A stretch of DNA of 17,986 nt from Armatimonadota bacterium (GTDB taxonomy: Bacteria; Armatimonadota; Zipacnadia; Zipacnadales; UBA5352): positions 28,653-46,638 of the forward strand of contig JAYENL010000053.1 of NCBI GenBank assembly GCA_034722055.1, in the 5' to 3' direction. The notes beneath the pieces were generated by a model. It ran no database searches, was not told the DNA's origin, and was given only the letters and a program-made list of their open reading frames with translations. Of this stretch, positions 1 to 7,337 are shown piece after piece (within the stretch, counting starts at the first letter, position 1; every line of letters begins with the position of its first letter). Both the position numbers and the translations under genes were made by a program.

Positions 1-15
1 GGCTCCATCCTTCGC

Positions 16-434
16 GTAGGTCGGGCTTCCAGCCCGACTCGGCTGTCTCGTGGTGTCAGGAGGGCCGGGCTTCCTTGCCCGCCCGGCCGTTGTCGTTGGC
101 CGCTTGGCAACCGCGTCGCTGAAACGGCGCACGGACAGGAGTGTCCGTGCCACGGAACGTCAGGCGTCGTCGTTGTCGTGAGCTTGTAGCTGCCGGCTTG
201 TAGCTTGCAGCTCGACTGTCCGTGCCACGGAACGGCGGCGTTGGTCGCGCCGTTTGGAGGGGCGCGACTACGCTCGCGCCCGGCCGTTTGCTGTTGCCGT
301 CTCTCCCTCTCCCGCCTGCGGTCCGCGCAGTACCACCCATCTTGGGGTGCGGGCGCCCCCGCCCGCACATCTTGTCTCGGCGACCTCCGAGGGGGGTCTT
401 CGGCCCGCAGGCGGGCGAGGGCGCCCGCGCCCCA
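16..434. repeat. Cluster of REP-like short palindromic repeats (several families)
   Basis: Hairpins preceded by GTAG/GGAG/GTGG-type tetramers: GTAG-GTCGGGCT-TCC-AGCCCGAC (16-38); GCACGGACA-GGAG-TGTCCGTGC (129-150); GTAG-CTGCCGGCT-TGT-AGCTTGCAG (186-210); GGAG-GGGCGCGA-CTACGC-TCGCGCCC (~256-281); inverted pair 343-366/411-434. An 18-bp direct repeat TGTCCGTGCCACGGAACG lies at 142-159 and 217-234. No credible ORF. Confidence 0.7.
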
Positions 435-439
435 GCAGT

Positions 440-465
440 AATGAGTATCTCAAATGAGCATCTCA
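440..465. promoter_or_regulatory. Tandem 13-bp repeat with TGAG-N3-CTCA palindromes, possible protein-binding site
   Basis: AATGAGTATCTCA (440-452) directly followed by AATGAGCATCTCA (453-465); AT-rich within GC-rich DNA. Confidence 0.35.
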
Positions 466-477
466 TCCTGGGAGCCC

Positions 478-1209
478 TCAGCCCTCGCTGATGATCCTCA
501 ACGGCTCGTCCCAGGTGAGGCGCTCGAAGGTGCCCCGGCCCCCCGCCCGGTCAACGGCGCGCCGGCAGGGCGAGATGCGCGGAGGCTTCTCCTCCGCGTC
601 ATGGGCGTCCGATCCCAGCGCACAGACCAGGCCCTCGCGCACGAGCCGCCGCGCCAGGCGCGCCTCCTCGTGGCCCCCCACACCGCAGAAGCTCCCGGCA
701 TTGACCTGCAGCTTGATGCCCCGCGCCACCAGCTCCTCCGGCCGGGCCTGTGCCGCCGGCGCGATGGCCATGCGCTCGAAGTGCGCGATCACAGGCGTGA
801 AGCCCGCGAGCTGCAGCTCGAAGAGCACCTGCTCGGCGTAGGCGGCGTAGCCGACGATGGGCAGCTCTATCATGAGGTGATCGCCCCCGCCCAGCGTCGG
901 CAGCAGCCCCTCGGCCGCCAGCTCCGTCAGGTCCTCACACAGCGCTATCTCCGCCCCCCCGACGACCTGCACATCGACTTCGCGATCGCCAAGAATCTCG
1001 TTGAGCTGCTCAACGCCGTCGCGGATGAGCTTTACGACCTCGGGGAGTCGGTTGCCGACATCCATCGGCCGCAGGTGGGGCGTGGAGACGATGATGCGGA
1101 TGCCGTCATCGGCCGCGATGCGGGCCATGCTCACTGCTGTCTCGATGTCGGGCTCAGTGTGGTGGATGGGGACGACGTAGCGCAGGATGTGGTTGTGCAG
1201 ATCGATCAC
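478..1209 (-). CDS. PHP-family protein-tyrosine phosphatase, CpsB/CapC/YwqE-like
   Basis: Motifs DLHNHIL, STPH, GAEI, LMIELP, IAHFER, QVNAGS, GSDAH; 243 aa; GTG start with GAGGGA upstream. Confidence 0.88.
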   Translation of the reverse strand: MIDLHNHILRYVVPIHHTEPDIETAVSMARIAADDGIRIIVSTPHLRPMDVGNRLPEVVKLIRDGVEQLNEILGDREVDVQVVGGAEIALCEDLTELAAEGLLPTLGGGDHLMIELPIVGYAAYAEQVLFELQLAGFTPVIAHFERMAIAPAAQARPEELVARGIKLQVNAGSFCGVGGHEEARLARRLVREGLVCALGSDAHDAEEKPPRISPCRRAVDRAGGRGTFERLTWDEPLRIISEG

Positions 1210-1249
1210 GGCTATCCCTCATCGGGTCGGGGATGGGGCCCGCACGGGG

Positions 1250-2332
1250 TCATATCTCGGGTGTATCGTCACTCGTGGGCGGCAGGATGACCCCGCCGCC
1301 GATGACCCGCTCGCCGGCGCCGCCAGGCTCGTAGAACACCGCGGACTGCCCCGGTGCGGGTGCCCGGTGCGGGCGTTCGAAGAGCACCGTCGCCCGGTCC
1401 CCGCCCAGCTCCACGCGCGCCGGTGTCTCGCGGCCCCGGTACCGCGTCATCACCGAGGCATCGAAGGCCTCGCCCGGCGGGGTGCCGACCAGGTGAACGC
1501 GCTCCAGCTCACACCGCTCGGCCATCACGTCCTCCTCGGGCCCCACCACCAGCACGTTGCGCTCCGGGAGCTTGCGGAGCACAAAGAACGGCCCCTCCGG
1601 CCCGCCAAGACCCAGGCCTCGGCGCTGCCCCACGGTGTAGCGCGCCAGCCCCTGGTGCTCCCCCAGCAGCTTGCCCTCCCGGTCCAGGATCGGCCCGGGG
1701 CGCACAGCCTCCGGACGGCGGCCGGCCAGCACCGCCGCCACATCGCCATCCGGCGCGAAGCAGATGTCCTGGCTCTCCGGTCGCTCCGCGGGGCGCAGAC
1801 CGGCCTCCGCCGCCAGGCGCTGGACCTCGGCCTTGGTGCGCTCGCCCAGCGGCAGCAGGAGCCGTACCAGCGTGCGCTGCTCCAGGCGATAGAGCATGTA
1901 GGACTGGTCCTTGGCGCGATCAAGGCCTCGCAGCAGATGGTACTCCCGCTCGGCCCGCCGAATCCGCGCGTAATGCCCCGTGACGACCGCGTCGCAGCCG
2001 AGATCGTCGGCGATGCGCAGCAGCTCCGGGAGCTTCAGGCAGGCGTTGCACTCCACGCAAGGGTTAGGCGTCCTGCCCTCCACCCAGGCGGCGCAGAATG
2101 GGCCGATGACGCGCTCGTCGAAGAGATCGCGAACGTCCAGGACGTGGTGCTGGATGCCCAGTTGCCGGCAGACGTCGCGGGCGCTCGAGGGCGCACCAGC
2201 GGGCATCTCCAGCGTCACACCGATGACCTGCAGACCCCTGCGGCGGGCGATCATGGCCGCCACGGCGCTGTCCACGCCGCCGGAGAGGGCGGCGACGGCC
2301 GAGCAGGGCTCCGCACGGTCAGATGAGCGCAG
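1250..2332 (-). CDS. mnmA: tRNA-specific 2-thiouridylase MnmA
   Basis: ALSGGVDS PP-loop (read in frame upstream of the GTG at 2275), GRTPNPCVECN, TGHYAR, KDQSYML, ESQDICF, YTVGQRRGL, APGQSAVFY. Start uncertain; CTG at 2332 proposed. Confidence 0.95.
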   Translation of the reverse strand: MRSSDRAEPCSAVAALSGGVDSAVAAMIARRRGLQVIGVTLEMPAGAPSSARDVCRQLGIQHHVLDVRDLFDERVIGPFCAAWVEGRTPNPCVECNACLKLPELLRIADDLGCDAVVTGHYARIRRAEREYHLLRGLDRAKDQSYMLYRLEQRTLVRLLLPLGERTKAEVQRLAAEAGLRPAERPESQDICFAPDGDVAAVLAGRRPEAVRPGPILDREGKLLGEHQGLARYTVGQRRGLGLGGPEGPFFVLRKLPERNVLVVGPEEDVMAERCELERVHLVGTPPGEAFDASVMTRYRGRETPARVELGGDRATVLFERPHRAPAPGQSAVFYEPGGAGERVIGGGVILPPTSDDTPEI

Positions 2333-3803
2333 AGGGCTCTGCCCCCCATGGTTCCGGGCCGGTTGTCATGCAGAGCGCCCCGATGCCATCGACGCCAGAG
2401 AGCGCCGACATCCCGCCGCACCGGCGCGGGGCCAGGCCCAGGCGCGCGGCCTGATCGGTGAAGAACTCGATGGTGCGTGTCTGTTGGTCGAACTGCACCC
2501 GCGCCCGGCAGGCGTTGGCCATCAGCCACACGGGCAGCAGGGCGTGATCATGGTAGTACACAGATGGCACGCGCACGCGAATCTCACGCCCGTCCCGCGT
2601 GACCTGGAGGCTGTTGAGGCGTACCTCGAACCGGCCGCGCGGCGCCAGGATGCCGACGACGAGGTCCTCGGGGCGCCACCACACTCCCGCCCCCAGCGCC
2701 CGGAGGACCGGCCGGCCCTGCACCAGGAACTGCCCGGCGCACATCACCGGCGGCGTTTCCAGCTCCACCTCCCGGCCGTCCACCTCGACAGTGACATCCT
2801 CGAAGTCAGCGTCCACCTCGAACTGCTCGCCCCCGATGGAGAGGACCATGCCCCGCTCCCGGGGAGGCGGCTCCGCCAGGCCCATCAGCTCCGAAAGCGT
2901 GACCATCTCGAAGCCGCGCTCGCGCAGCGCCGGGACGACGGTATGCATGGCCTTCACGGTCCCGGCGCGGTTGCCGCCACCATCGTGCAGCACCACCACG
3001 GCCCCATCGCGGGCGCAGTTGAGTATCCGGTTGGCCACCGCCGTGGACCCGGGGCGCTGCCAGTCGCGGGGATCGACCGACCACATGGCCACGCGGTAGC
3101 CGGCGGCGGCGATGGCGGAGCGCACGCGGTCATCCACCTCCCCGTAGGGCGGTCTCACCCACCGGACGGGCCGCTGCAGCACTCCGTCCAGCGCCGACTG
3201 GCAGCGGGCGAGGTCGGCGGCGATCGCCCCGTCGGACAGCGCGGTGAGCTTGGCGTGCCACCAGGTGTGAATGCCGATCTCGTGCCCCTCGTCCTCCATG
3301 CGCTGCAGGAGCTGCTTGTGCGAGCTCACCAGGGCGCCGAGGACGAAGAAGGTCGCCCGCCCACCGTGCTCAGCGAGGATGTCCAGGATCTGGGGCGTGT
3401 AGTCTGCGCTGGGGCCGTCGTCGAAGGTGAGGGCGATGCGGGGCCGTCGCTCCGAGCCCGCCCGCACGCTGCTCTGATCCAGCACCGGCTGCGCCAGCGC
3501 CAGCTCGATGGCCACCACTCGGCCAAGCGATGGGTCCTGTGTCACGCGACGGACGCTGCGCACGCCGGGGATCGGCAGGCGTCCCCATGGACCGTAGCGG
3601 ACGTACGCGGGGATGAGCTCGGCGCTCTCGACCAGGGCAGGGCCGCGGCGCTGGACGTCCGAGGGAGGCGACGGAGGTGGGGAGGCATTGCCCGGAGCGG
3701 CGGAGGCCGTCGCGCAGAGCAGCGCCAGGACGACCGCTGGACCGACGCGGCAATGCCACCTCCGGGCTCCGCCCGCCCATCTTCCCCACGGGATTGCGGC
3801 CAC
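2319..3803 (-). CDS. Secreted polysaccharide/peptidoglycan deacetylase (CE4/NodB) with C-terminal copper-amine-oxidase-N-terminal-like (stalk) domain
   Basis: NodB motifs LTFDDGP, HEIGIHTWWH, RPPYG, WSVDPRDW, VVLHDGGG; hydrophobic signal segment AVVLALLCATASA; C-terminal VEVDGREVELETPP..LRALGAGVWW..LLPVWLMANACRARVQFD stalk-like pattern. Start approximate. Confidence 0.88.
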   Translation of the reverse strand: MAAIPWGRWAGGARRWHCRVGPAVVLALLCATASAAPGNASPPPSPPSDVQRRGPALVESAELIPAYVRYGPWGRLPIPGVRSVRRVTQDPSLGRVVAIELALAQPVLDQSSVRAGSERRPRIALTFDDGPSADYTPQILDILAEHGGRATFFVLGALVSSHKQLLQRMEDEGHEIGIHTWWHAKLTALSDGAIAADLARCQSALDGVLQRPVRWVRPPYGEVDDRVRSAIAAAGYRVAMWSVDPRDWQRPGSTAVANRILNCARDGAVVVLHDGGGNRAGTVKAMHTVVPALRERGFEMVTLSELMGLAEPPPRERGMVLSIGGEQFEVDADFEDVTVEVDGREVELETPPVMCAGQFLVQGRPVLRALGAGVWWRPEDLVVGILAPRGRFEVRLNSLQVTRDGREIRVRVPSVYYHDHALLPVWLMANACRARVQFDQQTRTIEFFTDQAARLGLAPRRCGGMSALSGVDGIGALCMTTGPEPWGAEPSALI

Positions 3804-3821
3804 CCCGAACCACTCCCAGGC

Positions 3822-4238
3822 TCAGTCGCTGGTGCCTCGCGGCGCCTCACGGAGGCCGAAGGGCTGCGGCAGCAGCTCCCGGACGGTCATCACGAGTCGC
3901 TTGCCGCCACCCTCCATGACCACCTCCGCCTCCGGCGCAAGCTCGGCCATCACCTGCCGACACACCCCGCACGGCGTCAGCAGCAGGTCCGGCCGGCCCA
4001 CCACGGCGATGGCTCGAATGTCGCGGTGTCCGGCCGCGACGGCCGAGAACATCGCCACGCGCTCGGCGCAGACGGTCGGCCCGAAGGCGCTGTTCTCGAT
4101 GTTGCAGCCCTCAAAAACGCTGCCGTCGGCGCACAGGACAGCCGCGCCGACGGCGAACTTCGAGTACGGTGCGTATGCCCGCTTACGCGCCTCACGTGCG
4201 GCCTCTATCAGCCTCTCCTGGGCCGTGGCATCCAGCAT
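3822..4238 (-). CDS. cdd: Cytidine deaminase (homotetrameric type)
   Basis: AYAPYSKFAVGAA, GCNIEN, CAER, PCGVCRQ zinc motifs; ATG at 4238 gives 138 aa. Confidence 0.95.
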   Translation of the reverse strand: MLDATAQERLIEAAREARKRAYAPYSKFAVGAAVLCADGSVFEGCNIENSAFGPTVCAERVAMFSAVAAGHRDIRAIAVVGRPDLLLTPCGVCRQVMAELAPEAEVVMEGGGKRLVMTVRELLPQPFGLREAPRGTSD

Positions 4239-4267
4239 GGCTCGACACGGTCCGGTGCACCGCGCCT

Positions 4268-5086
4268 CTACTCCTGATAGGTGACGTAGGCCCGGTCGTC
4301 CTGGAAGTCCCACTCGGTGGCGATCCCGAAGACCGCCGCAAAGGGCCGGACCGGGACGTAGGTGCGATTGTGCTTGCGGAGGGTGGTGCGGTCGAGCCTG
4401 TGGTCCGCGCCGTTCACCCGGACCGTCCGGCTGTGCGGGTAGACGGTGACCTGGACGTCGTTGCGCGTCACCTGCATGTGGTCATCATCCGGACCCCAGA
4501 TGATGGAGCCGCCGATGTGCCGCATGAGGTCCGTCAGCGTGATGTAGACGCGCCCCCTGCGGATGAAGGCGTGCCTCTCCAGATCCGCCTCGCGATTGTT
4601 GAAGTAGACGATCTCGCGGTAGATCTTAGGCTTGTAGAGCTTGACAAAGGCCGGCCTCTCATCGCCCAGGTCGGGCGGCGGGAGCTGCCGGGTGGCCGCC
4701 TCGGACGCGCTCAGCACCGTGAGTGGGATGCTGCCTGTGGAGGCGATGAGCTGCTCGCCGCGCACCGCGTCCACGCGGAAGGTGTGCTCACCCTCCCCCA
4801 GGGACTCGGCCTCCACCTCGAACCGCCCGCCGGCCTCTCCGGTCAGCCCGCGGCAGGCGCCATCGACGTAGAGCATCATGGGCTCGTCGCGAAAGTGCTC
4901 CGAGACCGGGGCGATGCTGACCCGGCCCGCGATCTCAGGGCTCACGCTCTCGGCTGGGGGAACGTCGCAGGTGATATCGACCGACAGGCCCCCGCTTCCC
5001 TGGACGGTGAGCGTGCCGGCTGCGGCGAAGGTGGTGGCTGCGAGCGCTGCGACGACGACGGCGAACACGCGCCTGGCGTCGAGCAC
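4268..5086 (-). CDS. Secreted protein with Ig-like region and C-terminal copper-amine-oxidase-N-terminal-like (stalk) domain
   Basis: GTG at 5086 after GAGAGGGG; signal-like VFAVVVAALAATTFA; LYVDG..LGEGEHTFRVDAV Ig-like; C-terminal VRVNGADHRLD..NRTYVPVRPFAAVFGIATEWD. Confidence 0.75.
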   Translation of the reverse strand: MLDARRVFAVVVAALAATTFAAAGTLTVQGSGGLSVDITCDVPPAESVSPEIAGRVSIAPVSEHFRDEPMMLYVDGACRGLTGEAGGRFEVEAESLGEGEHTFRVDAVRGEQLIASTGSIPLTVLSASEAATRQLPPPDLGDERPAFVKLYKPKIYREIVYFNNREADLERHAFIRRGRVYITLTDLMRHIGGSIIWGPDDDHMQVTRNDVQVTVYPHSRTVRVNGADHRLDRTTLRKHNRTYVPVRPFAAVFGIATEWDFQDDRAYVTYQE

Positions 5087-5159
5087 GGCGAACACCCCTC
5101 TCGGCTGGGTGACCACGACGGCCCGCTGAGGGCCGATGCACGCAAACTCCCTCGCGGGG

Positions 5160-5188
5160 AATATATCACAAGCCCCCGCGGGTGTCAA
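5160..5188 (-). promoter_or_regulatory. sigma70-type promoter for the leftward operon
   Basis: Minus strand TTGACA (5188-5183), 17-nt spacer, TATATT (5165-5160) with extended -10 TG. Confidence 0.8.
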
Positions 5189-5522
5189 AAAGATGCGGCA
5201 ACCCGACACCCAGCAGCGAAGGTCCTGCCGGATCGTATGCCACTTCGCTTACTGGCGGCCCTTCTCCTCCTCCACGCGGCTGCGCTGGCCGCAGGTGAGG
5301 ACCGGGCGCCGGCGACCGGGCTCCATCGGCCATGGGTCCTGCTGCTGCAGATCGTAGTCGTAGCCCCGGTTCAGGACCTCGTAGACCACCTGGCGGAAGT
5401 CCTCGCCCCGCAGCGCCCTGGCGCCGAGCTGCTGGACTGGAAGGTTTACGTGCCGCGGCGCGCGAACTTCGGGGCGTGTTTCGCGGATGAGAGAATAGAT
5501 CGCAGGCAGGGGGCCGGAGCCC

Positions 5523-7031
5523 ATGTCAGATGAGCTTGCCGTGGTGCTGGACTGTGGCGCGACCAATGCCCGCGCGGTGGCGGTGGACACGACCGGCCAG
5601 GTGGTGGCGGCCGCCAGCAGGCCCAATGAGCCGGCGCAGCAGGCGGATGCGCCGGACGGCTGGCTGGTGTGGCCGCTGAAGGAGGTGTTCGGGAAGCTTG
5701 CCGAGACCTGCCGGGAGGCCCTCGATGGCATCGACGCCTCCCGCGTGAAGGCCGTCACGGTGACCACCTTCGGAGCCGATGGGGCGCCGGTCGGAGCGGA
5801 TGATGCGTTGACCTATCCGGTCATCTCCTGGCAGTGCGGCCGCACCGAGGAGCTAGCGCAGCGGATCGAGGAGTACATGCCGCGCTGGGAGATCTTCCGC
5901 ATCACCGGCTATCAGGTGATCCCGTTCAACACGCTTCTGAAGCTCATCTGGCTGCGGGAGAACCAGCCGGCGGCGCTGCAGGAGGCCGACGTGTGGCTGA
6001 TGATGCCCGGCCTGCTGAGCATGCTGCTGTGCGGCGAGCGCTCCATCGATCCCACCGCCGCGGGGACCATGATGGCCATGGACATGGCCGAGCGGGACTG
6101 GTCGGCGGAGATGCTGGGGCTGGCGGAGCTGAGCGCCGACTTCTTCCCCCGCTGGGTGGAGCCGGGCGGGGTCATCGGCGAGGTGACCGCTAACGCCGCG
6201 CGGCAGACCGGCCTGCCGGCGGGCATCCCGGTGGTCGCCGCCGGCCACGACACGCAGTTCGCGGCGGTGGGATCGGGCGCCCGCCCGGACGAGGCCATCC
6301 TCTCCTCCGGCACCTGGGAGATCCTCATGCTGCGCCAGGAGCGCTACGAGGCCACGCGCGAGGGCTTCGAGGCCGGGCTGCTCATCGAGGCGGACGCCGA
6401 GCCGGGCCGCTGGAACCCGCAGCTTCTGATGATGGGCTCCGGGGCGCTGGAGTGGATCCGCGAGCAGTTCTTCGCCGGCATCGAGGCCGGCGCGGCCGCC
6501 TACGAGCGGATGATCGGGGCCGCCGAGGAGGTGGAGCCCGGCGCCGGCGGCGTCATGATGATCCCCAGCTTCGTGCCCGACACCGGCCCCAACGCGCCTC
6601 ACCGCACCCGAGGCACGCTGCTGGGCCTGGGCCTGAACACCTCGCGCGCGCAGGTCTATCGCGCAGGCCTGGAGGGCCTCTGCTACCAGCTCCGTCACGC
6701 CGCGGAGGTGCTGCAGCGCTCCACCGGCTTCCAGCCGCGGGGCATCCGGCTCGTGGGCGGCGGCGCCAGGAACCGCCTGTGGAATCAGCTCCGGGCCGAC
6801 GTCACCGACCTCCCGGTGACCACCATCGCCAACGAGGAGGCCACCGTGGCCGGAGCGGCCATCTTCGCCTTCATGGGCGCGGGCATCTTCTCCTCGGTCC
6901 AGGAGGGCCAGTCCGCAGCCGAGCTTGGGGAGCGCACCATAGAGCCATCCGCCGACCGGAGGGTCTACGATGACCTCTACGCCGCCTACCGCACCGTCCC
7001 CCCGGCGCTGGAGGAGTACTATCGGGGATGA
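5523..7031 (+). CDS. fucK: L-fuculokinase-like FGGY carbohydrate kinase
   Basis: VLDCGATNARA, VTTFGADGA, YPVISWQC, FNTLLKLIWL, AGHDTQFA, LSSGTWEILM, VGGGARN closely match enterobacterial FucK motifs as recalled. Confidence 0.85.
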   Translation: MSDELAVVLDCGATNARAVAVDTTGQVVAAASRPNEPAQQADAPDGWLVWPLKEVFGKLAETCREALDGIDASRVKAVTVTTFGADGAPVGADDALTYPVISWQCGRTEELAQRIEEYMPRWEIFRITGYQVIPFNTLLKLIWLRENQPAALQEADVWLMMPGLLSMLLCGERSIDPTAAGTMMAMDMAERDWSAEMLGLAELSADFFPRWVEPGGVIGEVTANAARQTGLPAGIPVVAAGHDTQFAAVGSGARPDEAILSSGTWEILMLRQERYEATREGFEAGLLIEADAEPGRWNPQLLMMGSGALEWIREQFFAGIEAGAAAYERMIGAAEEVEPGAGGVMMIPSFVPDTGPNAPHRTRGTLLGLGLNTSRAQVYRAGLEGLCYQLRHAAEVLQRSTGFQPRGIRLVGGGARNRLWNQLRADVTDLPVTTIANEEATVAGAAIFAFMGAGIFSSVQEGQSAAELGERTIEPSADRRVYDDLYAAYRTVPPALEEYYRG

Positions 7032-7046
7032 TGCGCGGACCAGAAT

Positions 7047-7094
7047 GCTTGTCCGCTCGGCGCACAAGTGGGTATACTTGCAGGAGCCCACAAG
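7047..7094 (+). promoter_or_regulatory. Promoter of the TA locus with overlapping inverted repeats (putative autoregulatory operator)
   Basis: TTGTCC (7049-7054), 18 nt, TATACT (7073-7078); CTTGT..ACAAG (7048-7068), CAAGT..ACTTG (7065-7080), CACAAG repeated at 7063 and 7089. Confidence 0.6.
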
Positions 7095-7118
7095 CAGGTA
7101 GTGGCGGAGGAAACACCG

Positions 7119-7337
7119 ATGCAAGTGGAAGTCAACGTCAACGAGGAACTTCTGGAAGAAGCCAAGAAGCTGACCGGCATGTCCGACACACGCGAGGTGT
7201 TGGAGGAGGGGCTGCGGAAGCTGATCCGGGCGCGGGAGTTCGCCGAGCGGCTGGAGCGGCGTCGCGAGGCGTTCCTTGCAGCACTGCGCAGTGGGGCCAG
7301 TCGGGAGGAGGCGCAGAAGCATGCCGATCGCTACTGA
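7119..7337 (+). CDS. VapB-like protein (first copy, divergent C-terminus)
   Basis: GGAGG RBS at 7106-7110; 72 aa; VNEELLEEAKKLTG..DTREVLEEGLRKLIR pattern of VapB (DUF2191-type) antitoxins. Confidence 0.75.
   Translation: MQVEVNVNEELLEEAKKLTGMSDTREVLEEGLRKLIRAREFAERLERRREAFLAALRSGASREEAQKHADRY

Noticed and set aside
129..234. CRISPR array suggested by the 18-bp palindromic direct repeat
   Set aside because: Only two copies, repeat too short, 57-bp spacer, no cas genes; better explained as REP-like elements.
56..491. Several short ORFs in the left non-coding region
   Set aside because: Low-complexity Arg/Pro/Gly translations over palindromic repeats, no RBS and no recognisable motifs.
2375..2411. 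MSALSGVDG in the deacetylase tail resembling the MnmA ALSGGVDS motif
   Set aside because: Different frame and only a partial match; the true motif is intact at 2290-2267, so probably coincidence.
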